This document shows, piece after piece, positions 32,593 through 43,736 of a DNA stretch of 64,000 bases. The translations under genes and the position numbers were made by a program. This DNA comes from Lophium mytilinum (lineage: Eukaryota): contig MU004185.1 of NCBI GenBank assembly GCA_010093605.1, positions 579,334 to 643,333 of the forward strand, read 5' to 3'. Below the pieces are notes generated by a model, which worked only from the letters and a program-made list of their open reading frames with translations, did not search any database and was not told the origin of the DNA. Positions within the stretch are counted from its first letter, which is position 1. Every line of letters starts with the position of its first letter.

Positions 32593-35500
32593 ATGTCGCA
32601 ACAAGAGCGTCTACCACAGTTTCATTTTCCACCAAATGATGTAGGCACCCAAGGCCCTATTATATCAGGCTTCTTTTATTGACGAGATAAGTACTTCCAT
32701 GCCCCGACGCCCTCTTCAGCAAATTCTTTGCATCCACAATGGAGGCAAAGCGTTGGGGCTCCCGGCCACTTGGGCCTTCGCCCTTCCTCTAGCATAGAGC
32801 ACTTGCAACCAAGAAGGAGGACTCCCTCAACATCCAGGTCTGAGAATAACTACAGCCAAGCTAGCCGTCCTGTCCGCCATAATGAGAACATCAATCCTAT
32901 AGACCCTAGCCTGGATAATGGACTCATCAGTGTTGCCCGATCGCACAATAGAATGTCCATGTCAAACTTACACCAGGCTCCTGATCCAATAGCTCGTTTC
33001 TACGGCGAAGATGCCGGCCCATGGAATTCTGAGAAGGTTCTCCGAGGTCGCGTTCCTGGCCCGAAGGATGGGAGAGATATGTCCTCCAACCTAGTTCCTA
33101 ATCTACAGTTCAACAGTTACCGTGACCATCCTGGATCAGAGCTTGAGAGTACTGGAACTGGTGTAGCTGGGGACTCTGGCTATGGCACTCTTTCACAACC
33201 TGCGACGCAATCCATTGCAAGCATGGAGCCCGCAGAGTACAATCAAGATGTTCCAGCAGGTGTCGACTTCCGTTTCACCACGTTTAATATTGCGCCCGGA
33301 TCCATTCCTCTTATCAATAATCCCCGTGCTGAGAAAGCGGATCGTACTAAGCCTAGCAAAGCCAGGAATCTGAATCTCAAAGCCCTTACGTGTTCAGAGT
33401 GCGGCGAAGTAGCCAAGTGTCCGTCCGAGATGAAGTAGGAGCATCACACATGTCTTTGCTAGCCGATGCTGATACGTCACACAGAAAGCATCATCTTAAG
33501 CATGCAAAACCGCATAAATGCACCGTCAGGAACTGTCGAAGGGGCTCGAGAGGATTCACGACAATCAACGATCTGAACCGGCACAAGAAAAGTGTACACA
33601 ACATCAGCACTGGCACTACCACGAAGTCATACCAGTGTGCGTCTGAGCATTGTAGAAACAAGGGGAAGATCTGGCCGCGGTTGGACAACTTCAAGCAGCA
33701 CATACATCGGATGCATAAGGATGAGGACGTGGAGGATTTGATCAGACGGTAAGCTGAAACTAAGGCTGATATGAAATCGACGACTAACTCTTTCAGATCC
33801 TTATGGCGCGAGCGGCAACGCTCGGACTCTCCAACCCCTCAGCCCTTGTCAGTAGCACCTATGGATACCACGCTTGCCGGCATTGGCTTCGAAAGCTTCC
33901 CAATGCCGACATACACTACTCCCGGAGGTTCAAGCCTTACATCTGATCAAACTCGCCAAAACTGGGATAATCTAGATGTTAATCAAGACTTCGAAATTGA
34001 CGATCATCACGCACCCGCCAATCATGAGTACTTCACCTCATCTTCCCAACATCCCGAACGAGAAATATCCCCCGGTTATAGGCAATCTGACCATGGCAAG
34101 TCTAATCAAATGGAAGAAAACACCCCTATCTCTTGGGGAGGTAGTCCGACAAGCACCAACCTAGGAGTGTTGGCTGACGTTGCATGTAATGCATCAGGCA
34201 GCTCATCCGCAAACAACCTTCCTCAGCGGCCCACTGCCCTATCTGGAGAGCCTCAAACTAAGGCGGAGCAGCAAAAGAGAGCTGTTCTTGGCCAGGTCTC
34301 AAAATTCATTGCAGCGAGGATTCCGGAGCATACCGAAGGAAAAGCCCTGGACAAAGCGGTCTGGCGTCTCCTCAACCGTGCCACTGGTTTAGACAAAACG
34401 GATTCTCCCCGCTCTATGAATGATTCCAATAGTAGCCTCTCTGATAACGATCGATCTTCATCATCAGATGACTCAGCAGAAGGTAGCCTCGAAATGATGA
34501 CGAAAGCCGAGCTAGTAAAGGGCCTTCGAGCTTTGGCAGACGCCATCAAGCGTGACAAGGGTAATAAACACTTGGTTGGTCAAAGACAAAAGCCGTTTTC
34601 TGGCAGTAACGAAGCTTGCCCGCAGTGCCACAAGATTCTGCCTCGTAGATGTGATCTCAAGTAAGCATGCGTCTCCACTCCTTTTCGTCGCTTCCCATCA
34701 CTGATTAAATCTAGGAAACACATGAAGCGACATACACGACCATACGGATGCACTTTTCCGAAATGCAAGAGAAGCTTCGGTTCCAAGAGCGATTGGAAGC
34801 GCCATGAAAACTCTCAGCATTTCCAACTCGAGACATGGCGCTGTCAACAATTCAAAGAGCAGTCCTGCTGCGCTGAGCTCTTCTACCGCCGTGAGGTGTT
34901 TGAAGATCATCTCAAGGGAAAACACGCCGTGACCGGCGAGGAAGCTGCCTGCGAAGTCAAGACATGTCGCATCGGTCGCAACGGCCAGGGCCAATTCTGG
35001 TGTGGATTCTGTCAAAAGATCATCCCGTTGAATAACAAGCGATCTGCCGCTTGGGACGAACGGTTCAATCACATCGACGAGCACTTCCGAGACAAGATGG
35101 ACATCAACAACTGGCTGTGTCTAGAGGCGAGGAAGACAAAAGGAGAAGTGACGAAGGAGATGGACAGGGACAACTTTGATCACGAGGATGACGTCGGCGG
35201 GGAAGATTGCCAGGACGACGACAGTCCGTCAGCCAGCCAGGCGACGGATAGTCAAACCCATAGCCCAGCGGACGGGTCTAACACATCTCCGATCTTGATT
35301 GACGAGCCACCAGCGGGCTCCTCTAATCCTCGCAAACGACATTTGAGCGCCGAACCCATCTCGTCTTCGTCCTCCGCGAAACTCTCGAAAAGGAGAATAG
35401 AAGTTGTTCGCTACTGCGTAAGTACCCTACACCTCGTGCAACTTTTAGAAATTCATTGCTAACCTCGCTCTCCGCAGTGCAATTGCAGGCAGGGACCATA

Positions 35501-35630
35501 TTCCAGCAAGCTATATAACAGCTGTATGACCTGTAGTCATGAATTCTGTGTAGCCTGTTCCCGCAAGGCTGTCGCTGCAAATTCAATAGAAAACGACATC
35601 GATTTGGACATTTTTGCTCATGGGAATTGA
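32593..35630 (+). CDS. Multi-finger C2H2 zinc-finger transcription factor (ZF-C), 6 exons (approx. 32593-32640, 32692-33434, 33485-33748, 33797-34660, 34715-35417, 35478-35630)
   Basis: Fingers cross the introns in frame: CSECGEVAKCPSEMK|KHHLKH; HKCTVRNC...NDLNRHKKSVH; YQCASEHC...RLDNFKQHIHRMH; CPQCHKILPRRCDLK|KHMKRH; YGCTFPKC...KSDWKRHENSQH; WRC...FEDHLKGKH; FWCGFC...WDERFNHIDEH; Cys-rich last exon. First exon less certain. Confidence 0.85.
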
Positions 35631-36005
35631 AAAACGGGCGAGGTGGAATGTTTTGGCGTCGAATGAAAATGAACTACCTTGACGTCCTTCGGCATGAGGT
35701 TTGATGGTTTAAGATGTCTTTGGATGATATTTATATACCCATAAATGCTACTATTTTCACGATTACCCTACTATCTTCTCGTTCTTCGTTCTTCTCTGCA
35801 ATCAAGCTGATCCGTCTTGTAAGCTTGATGCTTTTATGATTTTATAGATCTCTACCACATAGAGATTAAGCTCAAAGGAACGAAGGAAAAGCGTGGTGGG
35901 TAAATCTGTTACACCGTATTGAAACTCTGCAGCCCAAAATCCATAAAGAAAGGCTATCCCCCATCACTCCCGCTCACCAAAATCAGACACGTCCGACGAG
36001 ACACC

Positions 36006-36875
36006 ATGGACCCCAGCCAATCTTACACCAATCAGTTCGAAGGTTACGACGACACGATGCCCACGACGGCTTCCTCCCATGCCGACCTCGCCGGCTTCGA
36101 CATGGACCTCAGCCTGGACGGAACCTTCGATTCGTCGCCCTTTCTCCTGACCGACGCCGACATCATGCAGTACTCCAACGCCTTCAGCGCTGCACCTGCC
36201 TCCTTCACCACTCAGGACCCGACGTTCCTCCAAGCCGACATGGACGCCAATGCCAACCAGATCGCTGATTGGTCGCCCTTTCCCAATCCGGACGAGGCTC
36301 TCATGCAGCCCTTCACCGGGGGAAGTTCCTTCATGCCAACTCAGGATCCTTTTGCCGACTCAGCCTTCGCACAAGGCATCTTCATCGACGCGGACCCTGG
36401 CTTGCAGGGCACCATCGATTCGTCGCCCTTTGCTCTCCAGCATGAGACATTCATGCACCAGGACCTCTCGGCTGCTTGCGGCCAACCAAACCTTGCTCTG
36501 AATGATCAGCCACTGCCTATTCAGGCTGGTGGCGGTCATTTGGAGGCTCGGTAGGTTTTTTTTTTTTTACTAATTTCCCGCAGTGGCGGAGCACCCCCAA
36601 TAGCTCCCGCGACCGACACCGATACGCCACCTCAGTGGTCATGTGCTTGGCACGAACCCTGCCCGAGGATCTTCACCCGTCTCCCAGACATGGAACGTCA
36701 CGTGAAGAACGTTCACATCAAAGATGAAGAGTGGTGGTGCCCCATCCCAACCTGTGCTCGCAGCTTCACTCGTGGGAGAGATCTCCAGGGCAGAAGACGT
36801 GGACCCTTCCCTCGCAAGGACAAGCGCGACGAGCACGTCAGGAAGGTCCATGGAGAAGACGCTATGGAGGAGTGA
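36006..36875 (+). CDS. Small C2H2 zinc-finger protein (ZF-D) with acidic N-terminal domain (exons 36006-36550, 36584-36875)
   Basis: ATG in CACCATGG context; D/F-rich activation-domain-like N-terminus; WSCAWHEPCPRIFTRLPDMERHVKNVH and WWCPIPTC...FPRKDKRDEHVRKVH follow a 33-nt GTAGG...TACTAAT...CAG segment. Confidence 0.8.
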
Positions 36876-37305
36876 AGCACTGCTCCCGTGGTGGACTGAG
36901 ACGGGAGGAAGGATGATGGAGACGTGAGGTGTAATGATGGGAGGAGTCGATAGGTTGAGAGCTGGGATTGGTCACTGCGTTTTCATGAGGGGATTCCGTT
37001 AGTACTTAGGTAGATGAATGGTAGCTGTCTTTGCTTGGGACTTTGCTCTACAACTAGACTATGAACGTGCTGTGTGATAGTGGTCACAAGAGGAACAGAC
37101 CAGACCACATAAAGGCTTCACTTACTTGATTTAGGAAAAGCCGATCCTTTCCCATTGCAATCTATATACCAAAACTAAAGATACCTGCCATTACCTACCC
37201 GCCTAAGAGCCCTCCTCCCCGGATCACGCAAGCACCAAACCCAATCCGCACTCGCACCCTATTACACGTTCCAATCTCCCCACCGCCACTCGCACCCGAC
37301 ACCAC

Positions 37306-39549
37306 CTACACATCTCTATACTGCATCACACTCTCCGCCCCCTTCCTATCCGGCACTCTAACCGTCCTCGTCTCCTCCAAAAACCTCGCCATCTTCCCAT
37401 CGTCATCACGTCCCCAAACCTCCTTCACATCGACGAACTCCACAGTCCCATTCTCACTAGTTCCAGAGTCAGTGCCGTCCTCCCACGGCGGTTTGGTAGG
37501 TGGCGGAGCAGGGGGCGCAGGCGGCGGCGGTGGCGGCTGTGGTGTCGGCGAGCGGATGGGCACGATATAGCGAACTCCTGGCCCACCGCGGTAGAAGCCT
37601 TGGTCCTCCGAGATGCGAGTACGCTCAAGTTCGAGTTCTAGTCGGTTGACAGGATCCGCCGGCGGGGGACTGAAAGGAGTCGGGCGGGGAACGGGGCTGC
37701 GAGAAGGGGGAGGTTGGTAGTAGTTGTAGTCTTGGAGGCGTGTGCCTGTGAACAATCAGTTTAGCGTTGTTCGATTTCTATAAAAATATCGAAGCAGCCC
37801 GACCAGTGTCAGATAACAGTACATTGGGACTTACCCGGCGGCGTCTCGTCCCTGCTGAAGTGTGCGTCCCCTCCATACAGCCTCTCCCGTGATCGGCCTC
37901 GCCAGAATTCGGCACTGCTCTCCGTGACGGAACGTGGTCGCGGGGACGGCGGTGGTGGAGCGAATTGGACCCGAGGGCCCCCTACTTCCACCATCATGCT
38001 CGCTTTGCTCATACGCGACTCCTGCTGGCGTGGAGGAGAGCGCGTACGACTTAACGAACGCAGTATGCCCCTCACCCTGGATCTGTCACGTCGTCGAAGG
38101 ACTGGAGGCGGAGACGGAGATGGCGAGCGATGACCGTAGCTGAACGCCTCGGGATGAGATGCTATACGCCGCTCTGCATCTGCGCGCGATTCACGTGTTA
38201 AGAAATGTGTGACTTCGATCTCAGGAGACCGGGTATGCGGGCGATGTCCGAAAGGAGACTGCGATCGATATGCATCCAGCGCACGGTGAACGCTCTCGCG
38301 GACTGTCTTCGTCTTGATGACTTCCCGTTCTGGCGAACTGTAGGTTGACGAGCTGCGGTGGATTACCCGCGTCCGCACCTCTCGGACTGGACTTGGCGAG
38401 GTGGAAGAGGTGCGAAGTGTGATCCTCGTCCGGCTGTGCCCTCGAGCACGAGGCGCATCGCGACTCAAGGAGCGTGTTCGCCGAACAACGATCCTCTCTG
38501 AGCTGCTTGATCTACCTCTAGCCCTTCCGCGCTCACGATCAGGGCTTGTGATCTCGATCCGGATGGCACGCTCTTCTGGAGATTTGCGGCGCATGATGCT
38601 CTTTCGGCGGATGACACGACGGGGTCTTCCACGTTCTTTCTTGTCGCACTTCGCGCAGGTGCCTTGGATCGTGGGCTGGCCTGGAATAACCGGGAAGTGG
38701 TGGTGGAACTTCCTAGAGCGCGGCTGGTTGCATTTGATACAGACATGGCAGTGCATGACGTGGGTCGGAGGCGGTTGAGGAGCGGGAGGAGGTACTGGTT
38801 TAGGAGGCGGCTGCTGCTCACGGTAATGGAAGTACTCGTATTCGTGTGTTCTCTCCGCTGGTGGCTGCGTAGCGGACGACGACCGCGATGGCGATGGTGA
38901 CGCTTCATTCTGATATACATATCCCTCATATCGCGCCGACGGGCCTACAGCCAATTTGGTCTGGGGGGCCGGTTGCTGCTGATACGGGTATCCGGCTTGG
39001 TATTGAGGCGTCGGTGGAGGGTAAGATCGAGGGAGAGTTACATAAGTTGGTGTCGAGCTGGCGCGATTCTTGGTCCTGCGCAATTTTCTTTCGTCAATCA
39101 ATGACATCGCGAGTGCGTCGAATAAACCAAAGCTTTTGAAGCGATGCGAGTTTTTTGGATAGACTAACTGGGTATATGGATCAGGGGCAGGGGGATGTGC
39201 CGGTGCAAAATCAGAACCAGGAATCATGTAGTATACTGACTGGCTGCTCTGCGGAACCACCTGGCTGTTTTGCGCAGGCTGCATATTGACCGCCGTCGTC
39301 ACCGTCGCTACCTGTCTGTTGCTGTTGTCTTGAGGCATTGGGTTACCCGCCGAATCAACCCGCTGCGACAGAGGCGTTGGAGCTGCTTGGGGAGCCGTTT
39401 GGACTCTGCGACAGCTGTTAGCTGCGCGCGTCTAGATCATGCATGGACGAAACTTACGCGGGATAGTAGTACTGCTGCTGCTGCCCGGTGTTGGCGGCGT
39501 AGGCTGCATAGTAGGCATTCAAGGCGTTGTTGTAAGCTTGGTCTGCCAT
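37306..39549 (-). CDS. Hypothetical Pro/Arg/Ser-rich protein with a putative CxxC...CxxC zinc-binding motif (exons 39549-39458, 39405-37835, 37745-37306)
   Basis: MADQAYNNALNAYYAAY... splices (GTAAGT...GCTAAC...CAG, 39457-39406) in frame into the 509-aa ORF; intron 37834-37746 joins the 149-aa ORF. Motif HCHVCIKCNQPRSRKFHHHFPVIPGQPTIQGTCAKC. Confidence 0.75.
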
Positions 39550-40344
39550 GGTGCACTCCGGACTCGCGCCCGTTCTCGAAGAGAGGAGATATAGACGATG
39601 GCAGGAGCAGGAGCTTGGACAGGATAGCAAGGGCAAGAAAGAACAATGTGGTGATGCAGTGTCGGAGGAGAGAAGTCCGGAGGTCGCGGGCAGGTAGGAG
39701 GACCGTGGAAAAGAGGAAGTCGCACGGGCAGTCTGGTCACGCGCCAACGAAAGCAACGACGAAAATGCAGGACTGATAAGGACCTGAGAGGAGAAGAGGC
39801 AATGACGCTGATAAGGTCGGGTGTGGTGATTCAATGGTTGGATGGGGCAAGTCTACATGCTCAACCGCTTCACCGAGATATGAATTTAGCGATCCATCAC
39901 ATCGAAGAAAGCTTGAGACGCGACAACAGGGAAATCCCGACTGAATCCAGCTGCTATCTCCCCATCTTGCATCGCATCTACCAGGTCTACAGCACCAGGA
40001 ATTGATTGTGCGTACACTTCGTTGTCACGTTTGGAGGTCCAATGTTTCAGTTGGAAATATGATAGGACGCAAGTGAAACATGTTGAACGACCTACAAACT
40101 CACCAAGCCACCTCAGACGATGGCATCTAACGGTACTTGTAAGGTATCATACCAAAAAGGCACAATTGCCGCCAGTCCCGCAACATTGGCTACTCACGTA
40201 CAACCACAGGATCTTGATCTCAGCCGCCTTTGTAGAGACCTATTCATTTTATTCTTCCAAACGCCCCCACATGCCTGTGACGCTTGTTGATACAATTCCC
40301 AAAATCCTCAACGGTAAGCATACCCACCCATATAAATGACTATC

Positions 40345-42849
40345 TTACTCTACTCTCAATGTCCTCGCGCCTTTCCTTTTATGCGCCCTCTTCTTCTTAT
40401 TACCCTTGTCAAAGGCAACAGCGCTCCCATGATCACGACCAAAGTTATCAAGGTCCTTGACCTTGTAAATTCGGATGATCCAGTTCTCGCTGGTAAACGC
40501 CTCTTCGATGGTAGTGAGCTGAGGCCCTTCTGCGGGCAGCCGCGTGTTTCGGACACGGTCCTGTGCCTGTCCAGCGGGGAACAGCGCGTTATAGTTGTAG
40601 TAGGACATCTTGTACCTGATGTGACAGTGAGTAGATGCCACATATAATAGAATAAAAAGACTTACATCAAGCTGTTCTTCATGGTTGGCGTAGCCTCGTC
40701 GTCAACCCGGTATTCGCCTCTTGCCGTGAAAAAGTTGCGCTCCTTGACTTCATCTGGCCAGATGCCCTCCGCAATCCTAACCATCCACAGAAACTTGTTG
40801 ATATCATCACCAGAGTACCCAAGAAGACCACCAAACACGACGAGCACATAGTCGACCTCATGCTGGCGCATGATAGGGTAGCTGACCTCTTCTCTGGAGC
40901 TCATCGCCTTACCAACGGTGGCAATGTGCGTGTTGTTCCACGTGTTGTTGTCGACCAACGTTGGGCGGTCTGCCATTCCACCAATCTGATAGCCGTAATC
41001 CCACCAGCTCATAATCTTAGCATTCTCGGGGGTGTTCTGGCGGAGCCAGTAGTAGGCCTCTCGGTAGTCATCGATGATGTGCTGGCTCCCGTCGGGAAGT
41101 CTACTGGCCAGAACGACCGAAGGAGACGAATAGGCGTTTGAAGTGACCCAGGTGCAGTGCATCACAAAGAGCATCAGGTAAACAGTAGAAGCTGCGACGA
41201 CCGTAAGCTTCGACGTATACGAGTAGATCCCGACGATCGGGTTCCTGGTAGAGCGGAGCCCGTCGGGTAGCATAGCTGAAGCTGCTGCTACGCTTGCTGA
41301 AGCAGGTGTTCCATTTGCTTGAACCTCTGGCGTCGGACTGTCGATGCTCATATAAGTGTCTAGAATCTGGGAAAATGCAATTGCGGAAGCAACGCAAACG
41401 ATTGGCGTGAGGGTCAACATCAACCGGACCATAACACCTGCGAAGTAGCTGGCAAGCACTGCGTATATAACGATGAAGACTTGCTCGTCGGTCAACTTGC
41501 GGAAGCACATGTAGACACCGGCCGGGAAAAGCCAGATCATCATGCTCAGGTCGAAGAAGAAGGCCGGCCACGCGGTTGGCTGATGCTCGGAAACGGAGGC
41601 AATAATGGGAATATGGATCTTGGCGTAGCCAGTATCCCAAAGAGAGTAGAATCGTCCGGTCCAAGGAGCAATAACTCCAGAAACAGTAAGCAGGACGAGG
41701 CCTCCGAACGACACCGCGAAGATTACAAGGACGAGCGCTCGGAGGAGAGTCTGGAATTGCCTGCTCGGGAGCTGGTTGCGCACGAATTCGACGAATCCCA
41801 CGATTTGGAGAAGACCGAAGACACCTATGCAAGTTAGACTACGCTCAAATTTGTTACGATCAGGAACATATACCAAGTGCGGACATGTGCTCGCTACTCC
41901 GGATCGGCAGGAATCCCACGAAGGGAATCTGCATGCTCGCAAGCGTCCCAAGCGCATACCAGGAGGTGTAGCTCACATAGAGCCTCGGGCTATACCGTCC
42001 CATGCAGATCAGAACGAAGGCATGGAGAGGCAGCAAGTTCGTAATGAACACATATCCACCCCACGCCGAGACCATATATCCGTAGAATAGCGCGGTCAAC
42101 GCGCCCCAGAAGACCGAGCCGAGCTTAACAGCCTTAATCCAGAGGAAGAAGGTGAACACCAGCAAGAAAATGGCGATGGCCTCGTTGTCGTAACTACCAG
42201 CCACCGAACGGGAGATATAGCCTGGTGTGATGCCCATGAAAGCTGCGGCGAGGAGACCAGCGGAGGGCGAAGTGACCATCTCATTAGTCAAGAGGTATGT
42301 AGCAAACGCCGTCAGGCCTGAAAAGCCTGGCGCAAGCAGGACGCAAATGTTCCGAATGTCGACGGGGAAGGTAAGGAAGCGGAGGACGTGGTAGATGATG
42401 CCGCTGGTCACCATCAAGCCAGGGTAGAGAGTGCCTCCTGTAACTCGACCAAGCGGATGCCATGTTCCTAGGGAGTGATCCAGATCAGAATATGTTCTCC
42501 TTTACAATGGGATGTTGAGGCTGTCGAGATCAAAGGAGGGGGCTTACGGTCGTCAAACCAATCCCAAAAGCTGTAGAATCCATTCTGGACAAGATATTTC
42601 GTCGCTCGGAAATTGAACCAGGGATCGACTATACACAACAGTCAGTCAATTGATCTTTGTTCATAGTTTCGAGTCGAGACACTCCAGGGACTAACATTCG
42701 TGGATAATGCTCTCGAACCGAATAACGCTGAAGAGCCGACTCGACACTGCCGCAGCAGCAATTGTGAGCAGAATTATAACTCTGAGCAAGCTCCGGGTAT
42801 TAGGGCCGGTGAGCTGCTTCAGGAGCGGGTCCACTGGCGAGGTGGCCAT
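40345..42849 (-). CDS. STT3: Oligosaccharyltransferase catalytic subunit (multi-exon)
   Basis: [51 protein letters not shown]; catalytic [47 protein letters not shown]. Confidence 0.97.
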
Positions 42850-43736
42850 GATTGAGAAGGAAAGAAGTGGTGTTGAAGGATCGTGGGTTGCTCTCAAGCC
42901 GCGTCACGGAGAGCTTCCTCCAACAGGCACAGGTGTCCTCCACCAGATGAAACCTACGGCGTAGATCTCAGCACGCTAGCGAACTCTCAGCACATCTTCG
43001 CCTTCCCTTCAACCTCACCCTTCAGGAACTCCCCGCTCGTCCTGGATAGGTATCCACGCCTGAAATACAGTGTGTGGCCACAAGATCGTTTAACTAAAAG
43101 TTTATGTGCCCTCTGGAAGGCCTCTAGAAGTATACCATAGCCCCAAAACACAGTATAAACTTTACTTGAGCAAAAGATCGGTTGACACAATTCATTCGTT
43201 TTAATTTGTATTCCTTCTGGAAATATCGGATCAATCTTAACAATGGTAGACGAGTGTACTCAGTCCACCATTAGCTAGGACCCTAAGCCCATATTGACGC
43301 GCTTCAAACAGTACTATACCAGTGCAAAGAGTTAGTTTTTGACAGAATTTCACACAATCAATCGGAGCACTTCACAGTATTGCATACGTGTACAAAATTT
43401 TGAACTTTCAATGATTCAGATTTCATTTGGCATCTTGAGCCATGTGCCGGGAACTGCCTTCCCTGGACACTTTTCAACCACATTTTTTCCTCATTACCAT
43501 CCACTTCACAAAAGTCCGCGGACCGCCATACCGGACAAATTAGAGCCACTAAGGCATTATGGCCTGCCAAACATACAAGAATTGAAGAAAAGAACAAAAA
43601 CATGGGTATTCCTAGGTCTACGAAGCAGGGACAAGAACTCTCACCTCAGTAGGGGAGTGCGTTGGAGTAGGGAGTAGCGCAGGGTGGAAGGAGCGAGTTT
43701 AGGAAACTAGCTGAGCCACCTCAGACGGTCGCGACT

